Positions 10,487-21,891 are shown, counted from the first letter of the stretch. The stretch: 64,000 nucleotides of DNA from Nannocystis bainbridge (GCF_028368995.1 NZ_JAQNDL010000002.1:1504001-1568000), one strand, 5' to 3'. Notes: generated by a model from the sequence alone, not told the origin. Numbers and translations are program-made.

Positions 10487-12655
10487 ATGATGCCTCGCTC
10501 CCGAGCTGTCAGAACGACCATGTGCCTGGCGCTCGCGCTGACGCCGGTCGGTTGTTCCCGCGCCGCTCCCTCTCACTCTCACGGGCAGCTCACCTCCGAA
10601 GTCGTCGATCCCGCGGACGCGGCCGCGGACGGGTTGCGCGCTCGCCTCACCGCCGACGACGCTTTCGGATGCGCCCGCGACGGCGAGGCGCTCGTGCGGC
10701 AGCACCCCGCGAGCCGACGCCTGCGCGCGTGGTGGATCGGCTGCGTCTCCGCGGCCGGGCGCCGGACCGAGGCCGCAGCCATGTCTGCGGCGATGCTGTC
10801 CGCACCGCGAGGTGACCCGTGGGCCCGGCTGGCGGAGGTGCTCGCGGCCGTCGGCGGCGGCACGATCGTCGATCCGGCGCTGCTCGGCCGCTCCGAGGCG
10901 CTGCTCACCGACCTGCCGAACCACGCGGACGCCGTCGTCGCCCGCGCGTGGCTGCTGCTGGCGATGCACCGCGCCGCCGACATCCTCGCGCTGGCGGCGG
11001 CCGAGTCGGGCACGCCGGCGTCGGCGCGGGTCTACGCCCTCCTCGACGCCGCCCGCAGCGACCCCACCCGCCTGCCGGAGGCCCTGTCGGTGGCAGGCGG
11101 CGTGGCGCAGGACGACCCGGAATTCGTCGCGGTGGCGGTGACGGCTGCCGGGCTGCTCAGCCAGCAGGAGCGGTCGGTCGAGGCGCTCGAATGGGTCGAG
11201 GCCGCGCTCGCGCACGCTCCGGGCGCGCCGTCGCTGCTGCGCCGGCGCTGGCACTTGATGCAGGAACGAGCGGACGTCGGCGACATCGCCGACGCAGTGT
11301 TTGCGGACATCGACGACGTCGTCGCCAGCTGGCCCGATCGGCCCGACGTACTCCTCGCCGCCGTCGACGGCGCACGGGCCGTCGGTCGGGCCGGCCACGC
11401 CGGGCTGCTCGAGCAGCGGCTCCTCGCCGAGTACCCCGACAGCCCCGAGGCCGAGTCGGTGTTGTACCGCCGCCTCGACCTGCGCGACGCCGCCGGCACG
11501 CGCCTCGACGTCGAGGCCTCGCTGCTGCGCGACACTATGCTCGCGGCCTTCCTCGCGCGGCCGATCCACCACGACCCGCGCAAGCTCGCCACGGTCGCCC
11601 GGTGGCGCTTCGAAGCAAAAATGGCCGTTCCTTCGGCCACCCCCGAATCGATCCTCGCCGCCGTCGAGGACATGATCGCACACGAGCCGGTGGTGCCGTC
11701 GCCGAAGCTCGTCGGTGCGCGCGCGCTGTTCGACCGCACCCCCTTCCACGACCGCGCCGGCGAGCTCGCGCGCGCGGGGATCGAGGCGAGCGAGAGCTAC
11801 GCCCGCGCGTGGCGTGAGGCCGGCTCGCTCCACGTCGACATGCTGCGGCGCGATCACGTGACCGTCGGCAGCACGATACTCGGCAACCTAGCTTTGAAGT
11901 CTGGTGACCTCGACGCCGCCCAGGCTGCGTTTCGGCGGGCCGAGAGCAACAGCCTCGGCCCGTTCGCCGACCTCCAGCTCGGCCTCGCCGAGGTCGCCCG
12001 CCGCCGCGGCGACCGCGACGCCGCCGAGCTCCACCTCGTCGCGGGGCTCTCCCTCCCCGGCGACGGCGGCGAGCGCTGCCGCGGCGCCCTCGTCGAGCTC
12101 TACCGCGCCCGCACCGGCAGCACCCAGGGTCTATCGCAATACATGGAGGGCCTCGAGGCTGGCTCGGCCGAGCGCCGCAAGCGGCAGGCCCTGGCCTCCT
12201 ACGACGAATCCGCCGCGCCGCTGCCCGACTTCTCGCTGCGCAGCACTGACCACCGCGAGGTCACCCTCGCGTCGCTGCGCGGCAAGATTGTCGTGCTGCA
12301 CTTCTGGTTCAAGACCTGCGCCGGCTGCCTGCTGGAGATGCCCGAGTTATCCGCGTTCGCCGCGGCCCACGCCGGCGACCCGGACGTCGCGGTGGTCAGC
12401 ATTCATTACGGCGGCAGCCTCGGCGCCGTCGCCGAGTGGGTACGCGCGCAGAGGCTCCCGTTCACCGTGCTGATGGATGACGGCTACGCCGAGCGCATCG
12501 GCGTCCACAGCTATCCCACCACCTGGTTCCTCGACCCCGAGGGCCGGCGCCGCTTCGACGAAGGCTTCGGCTACACCCGACACTTGCGCGAGGAGTTCGA
12601 GTGGCGAATCGAGGCCCTGCGCGCCCGCGCCGCCCCGCCCGCGAACTCCGGCTAG
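10487..12655 (+). CDS. TPR-repeat lipoprotein with C-terminal TlpA-like thioredoxin domain (paralog of 6915-9227)
   Basis: PVGC lipobox; LHFWFKTCAGCLLEMP, YPTTWFLD; ends EFEWRIEALR versus EFTWRIEALR in the paralog. Confidence 0.85.
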   Translation: MMPRSRAVRTTMCLALALTPVGCSRAAPSHSHGQLTSEVVDPADAAADGLRARLTADDAFGCARDGEALVRQHPASRRLRAWWIGCVSAAGRRTEAAAMSAAMLSAPRGDPWARLAEVLAAVGGGTIVDPALLGRSEALLTDLPNHADAVVARAWLLLAMHRAADILALAAAESGTPASARVYALLDAARSDPTRLPEALSVAGGVAQDDPEFVAVAVTAAGLLSQQERSVEALEWVEAALAHAPGAPSLLRRRWHLMQERADVGDIADAVFADIDDVVASWPDRPDVLLAAVDGARAVGRAGHAGLLEQRLLAEYPDSPEAESVLYRRLDLRDAAGTRLDVEASLLRDTMLAAFLARPIHHDPRKLATVARWRFEAKMAVPSATPESILAAVEDMIAHEPVVPSPKLVGARALFDRTPFHDRAGELARAGIEASESYARAWREAGSLHVDMLRRDHVTVGSTILGNLALKSGDLDAAQAAFRRAESNSLGPFADLQLGLAEVARRRGDRDAAELHLVAGLSLPGDGGERCRGALVELYRARTGSTQGLSQYMEGLEAGSAERRKRQALASYDESAAPLPDFSLRSTDHREVTLASLRGKIVVLHFWFKTCAGCLLEMPELSAFAAAHAGDPDVAVVSIHYGGSLGAVAEWVRAQRLPFTVLMDDGYAERIGVHSYPTTWFLDPEGRRRFDEGFGYTRHLREEFEWRIEALRARAAPPANSG

Positions 12656-12690
12656 TAGCCGCTGTCGGCGGGCTCGTCGAATCCGCGGCC

Positions 12691-13368
12691 TCACGTTCGC
12701 GGATGGGCTCGGTAGTACTCGGCCGCGAGCCAGCCAAGGTCGAGCTTCGTGTAGCGCTGCGTGCTGCTCAGGCTTGCGTGGCCCAGCATCTCCTGGATGC
12801 TTCGCAGGTCGCAGCCCCGCAGCAACAGGTGCGTGGCGAAGCTGTGGCGGATCCCATGAGGCCCCACGCGGACCTTGGCCTCGACCGCCTTGCAGCGGCG
12901 ATACACCAGCTCTCGAACAGTGCGGTCGCTGAGGCGGGTGCCGTTCCTGCCGAGGAAGAGGGACGGGGCGGGGGCGATGAGCAACTGGTGACGCACCTCG
13001 AGGTACCGCTGCACCGCTGCCGCGCCGAGGGTTCCAATGGGAACAATGCGGTCCTTGTCCCCCTTGCCGCGCACCACCCGGATCGTTAGCTCGTCGCAAT
13101 CCCAACGAAGATCATCAACATCGAGCGCAACGCACTCGGTGACGCGTAGACCGGCCCCGTAGAGCACCTCGAGGACCGCGCGGTCACGGAGGCCGCGAGC
13201 GCCCTGCGCATGGCCTGGCCCTTCAATCATGTTCTCAAGGTCGCTGAGCGCGGCGGGCCGGCCGTGTCGGCGCTCAACTCCGTTCGCAAACCCGTGGAGG
13301 TCGCCTGAGTAGGCGCGGGCGGTGTGCGGCGAGAGCCGCCGCACGCACGTGATGAACCGAGGAAGCGC
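12691..13368 (-). pseudogene. XerC/XerD-like tyrosine recombinase with an internal deletion and no clear start
   Basis: Catalytic motifs LYGAGLR, GKGDKDR, HGIRHSFATH, LGHASLSSTQRY intact; N-domain RRLSPHTARAYSGDL joins the catalytic domain after too few residues. Confidence 0.8.
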
Positions 13369-13807
13369 TTTATAGCGTTGCGCAGCACACGCTCGATCTA
13401 CCGCCACAGCCTGTGGGCAACTTAGCCTGAGTGGAGCATGTCTCGTGAGAGATATCTGTTTTTGGTTTGCCTGAAAGGGACTTCGCTTGATGTCCGTGCT
13501 GCCACGCAACGGCCGCCACCATCGCGCCGCTACCTTGCGGGCGAGGGGCGAGAAGGTGGCCATCGCCAGGTTGGGGGATGCCCTCGAGGAGGGCACAGGC
13601 AACCACAGCTTGCGCCGCCGCTCGGCCGCGAATCGCTCGACCACGGACGCGCAGTCCCAGTGCTCGACCCTGGACAGCGCGGGACCCCGCGACCACGCCA
13701 TGTCCCAATGCGCGACCGCCTGCCCCAAATGCCCCGTCACAATCGTCGCCGACATCACCGAGCGAGCGAGCTCGTGGTATCGTCGGTGCGTGAGCCAGGG
13801 AAGGCTG

Positions 13808-14497
13808 ATGGCAGCGATCCTGACGCTCGGTACCGTGGGGGCCGCGGTGTGGCTGTCGGCATCGCGCGGCGAACTGCAGACCGCGACGGACACTCCGCCT
13901 CTGACTGAGGCATCAAAGGCGCCCCGGGTCTCGTGGCGGCTCGACCCGCTTATCACCGAGGCGCTCGCGCGCCACCCGAAGCTGCGGGCGTACTTCGCTA
14001 CGATGAGCTACGACGAGTCGTTCCGCGTCGGCGGCGATCTGGCACAACGCGGCATGTGCAGCCTGGCCGACGAGCAGCTGTTACGCGTGGTCGCGCTGCA
14101 GCTCCGGCAGACGGAGCTGCTGGGCGACCGCGCGTGCGAGATGCTGCTGGCGGGCGACGGGTTGGTGGCGGTGGCGGCGATGGAGCTGCTGCCCGACACC
14201 GAGCTGCGCGAGTTCATCACCTACAAGACGCTGGCGCAGCTGCTGGCCCTCGAGGGCGCCGAGATATCGCTGACGCCGCAAGAGGCGGCGGCCGAGCGCG
14301 AACGCCGGCTCGCGGAGGTGCGAGGGTCGCTGTCGGCGGAGGCACGGGCGGCGTTCGAGACGCAGGCGTGTTTCTCGGAGGAGACGATGTTCCGCTCCGC
14401 GCTGGCGCTGGCGCCCGCGGAGGGCGGCCGGATGATCCGCGCGTTCCTCGAACCGTCGTGTCGGGCGCTCCCGCCACCCGCTGCGGCGAAGCGCTGA
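13808..14497 (+). CDS. hypothetical protein with N-terminal TM/signal peptide
   Basis: MAAILTLGTVGAAVWLSA... followed by a helical domain with GC3-biased codons. Confidence 0.6.
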   Translation: MAAILTLGTVGAAVWLSASRGELQTATDTPPLTEASKAPRVSWRLDPLITEALARHPKLRAYFATMSYDESFRVGGDLAQRGMCSLADEQLLRVVALQLRQTELLGDRACEMLLAGDGLVAVAAMELLPDTELREFITYKTLAQLLALEGAEISLTPQEAAAERERRLAEVRGSLSAEARAAFETQACFSEETMFRSALALAPAEGGRMIRAFLEPSCRALPPPAAAKR

Positions 14498-14556
14498 GGC
14501 CCTGCGACGTCGTTCCGAGCGGCCTGAAAGGGATTTCGCTGGACCGATCTGCTGGT

Positions 14557-14619
14557 TCGCTCCTGGCGCACATCCTCAGCGACAAGTTCTGCCACGGCCT
14601 GCCGTTCCATGGCCAGGAG
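14557..14619 (+). mobile_element. IS66-family transposase (TnpC) scrap
   Basis: SLLAHILSDKFCHGLPFHGQE resembles the IS66 LLAHxxxxKxxDxLPxxRQ motif; only ~21 codons remain. Confidence 0.5.
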
Positions 14620-14640
14620 TGTACGGCTTAGACTCGCCGC

Positions 14641-15198
14641 ATGGGACTCTTGACCTTCAGCATCAACGTCACCCTGGACGGCTGCGTCGACCACCAGGAG
14701 GGAATCGCCGACGATGAGACACACGCCTTCTTCACCCGCCTCATGGACGAGGGCGGGGCGATGCTGTGGGGCCGCGTCACCTACGAGATGATGGAGAGCT
14801 ACTGGCCGGCGGTCGCCCGCGGCGACGAGGAGGCGGCGCCGCCGATGCGCGAATGGGCGGTCAAGCTGGAGGCCAAGCCGAAGTACGTGGTGTCGTCGAC
14901 GCGAAAGGACTTCCCGTGGACCAACAGCCACCACATCGCTGGCGACCTGCGCACGGGCGTGCAGAAGCTCAAGGACGCGACCCCGGCCGGCGTGCTCCTC
15001 GGTAGCGGGAAGCTCGCGACCGAGCTGGACCGGCTGGATCTGATCGACGAGTACAATTTCCTCGTCCACCCCAGGATCGCTGGCCACGGCCCGACCCTGT
15101 ACCAGAGCGGGCTGCCCAGCACGCGACGGCTCGAGCTGGTCTCGGCGAAGCCGCTCCGCAGCGGCGCGGTCGCCATGCACTACCGGCGCGCGCGCTGA
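14641..15198 (+). CDS. dihydrofolate reductase / RibD C-terminal-domain family protein
   Basis: SINVTLDG, LWGRVTYEMM, KPKYVVSST, GSGKLA, LIDEYNFLVHPRIAGHG. Confidence 0.92.
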   Translation: MGLLTFSINVTLDGCVDHQEGIADDETHAFFTRLMDEGGAMLWGRVTYEMMESYWPAVARGDEEAAPPMREWAVKLEAKPKYVVSSTRKDFPWTNSHHIAGDLRTGVQKLKDATPAGVLLGSGKLATELDRLDLIDEYNFLVHPRIAGHGPTLYQSGLPSTRRLELVSAKPLRSGAVAMHYRRAR

Positions 15199-15263
15199 CT
15201 CAGAGCACACACCAGCCGAGGATCTCGATCGATTGGGCAATGGCCCGTGACGCTCGTCGAAAG

Positions 15264-15908
15264 TCAGCGCCTGAAGCGGATGGTGACCGAAGCGACCGCC
15301 GCGGCTGAGTTCGTGCCGGTGAAGCGGGCGATGATAGCGTCTCCTTGGGCGACCGTCGCGGGCGGGGGCACGGCCCCCCTCGGGGTGAACGCGGCGGTTC
15401 CGTTGGCCAACGTAACGAGGCTGCCCGGAACCAGGACTCCGCCCGCGAGCTCGAGGGACACCGACAGGGGGCCGCCTGCGATGTTCGCGTTGGCGATGAG
15501 GCTCAAGAAGTCGATGGCGCCGCTGATCGGCGCGACGCCGGCGACTGCTGCGGGGAGCACCGAAGCGTTGGCGAGCTGGAGGGTGATGGCAGCGGAGTCC
15601 GCGACCGTGACGTCGACCCGATCGTTGACCGCGTTGTCCGCGACGCTGACGGCGCCGATGAAGTTGAGCCTGGGCCGCGATCCTTGGAGCACGCCGCCGC
15701 CCTGGACCTCGACGTTGACCCGGTGTCGATGGTCGGCTCGCGCGACGAAGGTGGAGACGCCGGCGTCGTTCGTGACGCCTCCCGCGGTCGCCGGCGCCGG
15801 CGAGGCGGGCAGGGGATGTTGGTGGTCCGCGCGGGCGGCCTCTGGCATCGCGCCGACCTGAGCTGCATCGCCGACGTCGATCTGGGTCGGCGGCTGGTTC
15901 GTCAGCAC
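15264..15908 (-). CDS. orphan fibre/spike-like protein with ARADHxH repeats (paralog of 32337-33143)
   Basis: AARADHQH and VARADHRH, then GGVLQGSRPRLNFIG; same layout as SREDHKH / ARSDHAH / GGTLVGARPGLSFVG in the element gene; start uncertain. Confidence 0.65.
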   Translation of the reverse strand: MLTNQPPTQIDVGDAAQVGAMPEAARADHQHPLPASPAPATAGGVTNDAGVSTFVARADHRHRVNVEVQGGGVLQGSRPRLNFIGAVSVADNAVNDRVDVTVADSAAITLQLANASVLPAAVAGVAPISGAIDFLSLIANANIAGGPLSVSLELAGGVLVPGSLVTLANGTAAFTPRGAVPPPATVAQGDAIIARFTGTNSAAAVASVTIRFRR

Positions 15909-15942
15909 CCGGCAAGGACGACGGCCCTCGGCCGGACTCTCT

Positions 15943-15970
15943 TTTGCCGATAATAGTTATTATGTTAAGT
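15943..15970 (+). other. dif-like XerC/XerD recombination site
   Basis: TTTGCCGATAA-TAGTTA-TTATGTTAAGT: 11-6-11 layout; right arm differs from the E. coli XerD arm TTATGTTAAAT at one base; AT-rich island in intergenic DNA. Confidence 0.85.
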
Positions 15971-16363
15971 TAAAGAGGACAGGCAGCCAGGGGCGCCGGG
16001 CGGACGTTCTGGCTCGTCGGCGCCTGGCAAACCCTGGCTCGTCGGCGTCTTCTTGCAAGCCAGCCTTCGGCACTCGAAGTTCCGGTGAGAACCTTTGGGC
16101 TCCACGCATGCGAGTGACCAGGATCCTCGAACCCTATTCTGCGACGAGAGCTCAACAACTTCGGTCCCCGTTGTCCGGCTCTGCTCGATGGTCGGTCGTC
16201 AGCGCAGCCGATGTCCGCTCGACGACGGTCGTCATCACGCCGGTTATCCGCTCCACGACGGTCGTCCATCGCAGCGATCACTGCGCGAAATGTTCCGGCG
16301 CGCACTCATGCCCGTGCGCCGCCGCGCGCCGCACCGCCGGCATGTCTCGATGCCCGGAGCCGG

Positions 16364-18700
16364 TCAGCGGATCGGCAGCCAGAAACGGCTCATCGGCAGC
16401 CAGATCCGCTCCGCGCGGCCCTTTACGTTGCCGCGCGGCACATACGGCTGCGGGCGTTCGGCCGCCGGATCGACGAAGTTGCTGGCGTCGTGGGCCTTTT
16501 GGTACGCGCGCTTGGCCAGGTCGCGGGCGACCTCCGGCGTCGGGCACAGGCCCACGCTGCACTGCATCCGGATCACGACCTCCGTCGCGGGCACCGCAAA
16601 CGCGTACTGCGTGCCGTTGCCCGAAACCGCGTCGCCGGTGATCGCGCCGCTGGCCACGCTGTCGTCGACCTTGGCGTTCGGGATGTCGGCTTGCAGCGCG
16701 GCCAGCTTCTCCGCCAGGCCCTCGGTCGGCCGCAGCCACACCCACACCCCGAGGCTGTACGCCACGTCGCGGACCGTCGCGTCGAGGCGGATCCGGTCGT
16801 ACTCGTAGCGCTCGCTGACCGGAAGCTGCGGCATCTCCTTGTAGCCCGGGATGTCGCCCGGCGGCAGCAGCTCGGGCAAGCGCGTGCGATCCTTGCTGAC
16901 CGAAGGGACATGTCCTTCGACGCTGCGGACCAGCGCCAGCAGCTCACGGTCGCTCGCGCAGCGCTGGCGCCCGCACTCGAGGCTGAACGCGACCAGGCTC
17001 TTGGCGTCGGCGCGCACGTATGTGAATTTTTGCTCGTCCTCGACCAGCCAGCCGTCGTCGCCGGCCTCGTTGACGACCTGCCGGGCCAGCGAGCGCGAGC
17101 TGCCCGCGGCCGCCAGCGCCGTGTCGCGGACGAAATCGACGCTCTCGTCGGGCGCACGCCAGGCGCGTAGCCGGACCAGGCCCGCGGGGCTCGCCGGCTC
17201 GGCGCCGGTCTTGCTGTAGCGGCGCTCGAGGAACGTCTCGGCGGTGGCGCTGCGGCTGGTCCAGTGCTGCGAGTAACGGGCGGTGTTGTCGCCGTCGAGG
17301 ATCTGGCGCGCGTCCTGGCCGCGGTCACGGCCCCAGCGCTCGACCACCTCGGCGACCTTCTCGGCCACGCGACCGGGCGTGCGGCACACCGCGTTGCCGC
17401 AGCGCAGGCGCATCACCGCGTCGGGGTCGACGCGGAACACCGCGTCCTGGGCCACCTCGCCCGCGCTGAGCGTGATGGCCGGGATGTCGGCGCCGACCCG
17501 CAGCAGGCGCTCGCGCAGCTTGGCGTTGCCCTTGCTGCCGAGCCGCTCGTCGCCCTCGATCAGGGCCGCGAAGGTCGTCGCCCTCCCCTCGCCTGCCGTC
17601 AGCGCCTTGTACACCGCCTCGCTGCCGAGCACCGGCTGCCGCCAGATCTCGAGCTCGAGCCCGTGCGCGTCGCTGGCGTGGTCGGCGATGTAGAGGATGT
17701 GATCGAAGCTGGCGTCACCGCGGGCCGAGACGTCGTCGGGGCGCGTCAGCGAGAACAGCTTCTCGTCGGTCAGGTCGCGCAGGTCCTTGACGCTGAGCAA
17801 GCCGTCGGCCGCCACGGCCTCGACCTGGCGCGTCCACGCCAGGCTGTCGTGGCTCTCGTTGCGGTTGTCGCCCATGACCAGCAGGTGGCCCTCGGGCACC
17901 GTCCACTCGCCCACCCTGCGGGCGCCGGCGCGTGGGTCGAGGTTGGTCTTGTAGCGGACCACGTACGTGTGGCCGTCGAGCGTCTCCTCGAACAGCTCGC
18001 AGTGCGGGACCTGCTGCGTGCCGCTGTCGTCGCGGCACTTCTCGGGCAGCTTGTTTCGCTTCAGCTCCTCGAACTCGGCGTCGTCGCTGCGGCGGATGCT
18101 GACCTTGTTGCCGTCGACGCGGATGGTGTCGCCGGCCAGGCCGATGACGCGCTTGATGAAGTCTTCGGACTCGTCGATCGGGTAGCGGAAGACGACGACG
18201 TCGCCGCGCGCGATGTGACCCCAGCGCTCGCCGACGACGGTGGTCGTGAACGGGACCTGGATGCCGTAGATGAACTTGTTGACGAAGATGTGATCGCCGG
18301 CGACGAGCGTCGGCATCATGCTGCCGCTCGGGATCTTGAACGGCTCGTACAGGCACGAGCGCAGGCCCAGCGCCACGAGGACCGCGACGCCGACGTTCTC
18401 GATCGTCTCGCGCAGCGGGCTCTTGCGGGCGAAGCTGGCGTGCTGGTGCAGCAGCTCGTCGAGCCGCTCGGCCTCGTCCTCGGCCTGGTGCCACTGCTTG
18501 GCCTCGCGGTGGCGGGCCAGCGCGTCGACGCTGGCCCGGATCGCCTGCGCGGGCTCGGGCGCGATGCGCCCGCCGTACTTCTTGAGGATCCGGTTGGCTT
18601 CCTTGACCAAAAGCCCGGCGGCGGCCTTGACGCTACCGGTCGAGCGGCGCCCCTCGGGTTTGGCGGGGCGCGGCTCCTGCGCTTGCTGCGGCGTGGTCAC
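16364..18700 (-). CDS. lepB: signal peptidase I with a large internal insertion
   Basis: EPFKIPSGSMMPTL (catalytic Ser), DFIKRVIG (Lys), GDNRNESHDS, terminal YVPRGNVKGRA; immediately downstream of lepA. Confidence 0.9.
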   Translation of the reverse strand: MTTPQQAQEPRPAKPEGRRSTGSVKAAAGLLVKEANRILKKYGGRIAPEPAQAIRASVDALARHREAKQWHQAEDEAERLDELLHQHASFARKSPLRETIENVGVAVLVALGLRSCLYEPFKIPSGSMMPTLVAGDHIFVNKFIYGIQVPFTTTVVGERWGHIARGDVVVFRYPIDESEDFIKRVIGLAGDTIRVDGNKVSIRRSDDAEFEELKRNKLPEKCRDDSGTQQVPHCELFEETLDGHTYVVRYKTNLDPRAGARRVGEWTVPEGHLLVMGDNRNESHDSLAWTRQVEAVAADGLLSVKDLRDLTDEKLFSLTRPDDVSARGDASFDHILYIADHASDAHGLELEIWRQPVLGSEAVYKALTAGEGRATTFAALIEGDERLGSKGNAKLRERLLRVGADIPAITLSAGEVAQDAVFRVDPDAVMRLRCGNAVCRTPGRVAEKVAEVVERWGRDRGQDARQILDGDNTARYSQHWTSRSATAETFLERRYSKTGAEPASPAGLVRLRAWRAPDESVDFVRDTALAAAGSSRSLARQVVNEAGDDGWLVEDEQKFTYVRADAKSLVAFSLECGRQRCASDRELLALVRSVEGHVPSVSKDRTRLPELLPPGDIPGYKEMPQLPVSERYEYDRIRLDATVRDVAYSLGVWVWLRPTEGLAEKLAALQADIPNAKVDDSVASGAITGDAVSGNGTQYAFAVPATEVVIRMQCSVGLCPTPEVARDLAKRAYQKAHDASNFVDPAAERPQPYVPRGNVKGRAERIWLPMSRFWLPIR

Positions 18701-18709
18701 GGAGACTCT

Positions 18710-20542
<1,833 letters not shown>

Positions 20543-20809
20543 GTCGGATGGCGGAGCGGTGAGCGGAGGTGCGGCGCGGAGGTCGTGGAGCGAAACCAGA
20601 GGCCGCGTCGGCTGCGGGAGTTCGGGGGCCGCGGAGCCGCGCGGAGGGCCCGGGAGCGCCGCGCGAGGAGAAAGGCGGTCGCCCGCGGCGATCGTCAGCC
20701 GCGGCTAGTAGCACAAGACGCGCCGCCGCGCCTGCGCCGGGGCCGCGGGAGGGGTCACATTTTGCCCTCGGCTTGCGAGAGGCGCCTGCCGTCCCCTAAA
20801 GTGTGTCCG

Positions 20810-21856
20810 GTGATCCCCGTCCTCGCTCGCCCGGCCGCGCTGCTCCTGCTCCTCGGGCTGGCCGGCTGTGCAGCCAAGGCCAAGGCCACCGCCGCCCCCA
20901 CCGCCGCGTCGACGCCCGACAACGAGCCGCCACACAAGATCGAGCCGATCCTGCCAGTGCGCCAGGTCGCGCTGATCCCGCTGGCGATCGACGGCCAGCA
21001 CTGCGACGCGACCGGCAAGCGTGTGCAACAGCAAGACTCGAACTACGACGGCCGCGCAGACATCGTCACGCTGATCGGCGGCCGCGCGCCCGACGAGGGC
21101 CGCACGCGCTGCCAGCAGGCCGACTTCAATTTCGACGGCCGCCTCGACGCGTTCCTCCACTTCGACGCGTCCGGCGAGCTGGTCCGCGAGCAGTACGACC
21201 AGGACTTCGACGGCCGCATCGACCTCGGTCGCCACTACGAAGCCGGCAAGCCGACGCTCGACGAGCAAGACACGGACTACGACGGCTACGTCGACGCCTG
21301 GCGCCGCTACGACAAGGGCCGCCTGGTCCGCATCGACGCCGACCGCGACCGCGACGGCAAGCCCGACGTGTTCACGTTCTTCGTCCAGGGCACGATCGAC
21401 CGCGTCGGCTACGACACCGACGGCGACGGCAACGTCGACGCGTGGGACCAGGACGTGGCCCGCCGGGCCAAGCTGGCGCTCGAGCGCCGACGCAAGGCCG
21501 ACCGCGAGCTCGGCAGCGAAGAATTCGTGGACGCGCCCAAGGCCGAAGAAACCAAGCCGGAGGCGGCAGCAGAGGCGGACAAGAAGGGCGCGAAGGGCAA
21601 AAAGTCCGAGGCGAGCAAGCCCGAGGCGAACGCGAAGAAGACCGAGGCGAGCAAGCCCGACGCGACCAAGCCGGCCGACGCGAAGCCGGCCGAGGCGAGC
21701 AAGCCCGAGACGAAGCCGAGCGAGGCGAGCAAGCCCGAGACGAAGCCGAGCGAGGCGAGCAAGCCCGCCGCGGGCGCGAAGGATGCCAAGGACGCGAAGC
21801 CGGCCGAGGCCGACAAGAAGCCGGCCGCGCCGACGACCTACAAGAAGCGCGGCTGA
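20810..21856 (+). CDS. lipoprotein with DxDxDG calcium-binding-type repeats and Lys/Ala/Glu-rich tail
   Basis: LAGC lipobox; DFNFDGRLD, DQDFDGRID, DTDYDGYVD, DRDRDGKPD, DTDGDGNVD; EASKP repeats at ~21607-21770. Confidence 0.8.
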   Translation: MIPVLARPAALLLLLGLAGCAAKAKATAAPTAASTPDNEPPHKIEPILPVRQVALIPLAIDGQHCDATGKRVQQQDSNYDGRADIVTLIGGRAPDEGRTRCQQADFNFDGRLDAFLHFDASGELVREQYDQDFDGRIDLGRHYEAGKPTLDEQDTDYDGYVDAWRRYDKGRLVRIDADRDRDGKPDVFTFFVQGTIDRVGYDTDGDGNVDAWDQDVARRAKLALERRRKADRELGSEEFVDAPKAEETKPEAAAEADKKGAKGKKSEASKPEANAKKTEASKPDATKPADAKPAEASKPETKPSEASKPETKPSEASKPAAGAKDAKDAKPAEADKKPAAPTTYKKRG

Positions 21857-21891
21857 GCACGCGCCGCCGCTGGACGCGTTCGAGCCGGTCC

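Noticed and set aside
12691-15198. Integron (integrase plus cassettes)
   Set aside because: The recombinase lacks the IntI-specific insertion and looks XerC-like; no attC-type RYYYAAC...GTTRRRY sites found by eye.
21607-21770. Tandem DNA repeats as a separate element (also 38281-38313, 39520-39710, 43736-43822)
   Set aside because: All are in-frame coding repeats for low-complexity linkers.
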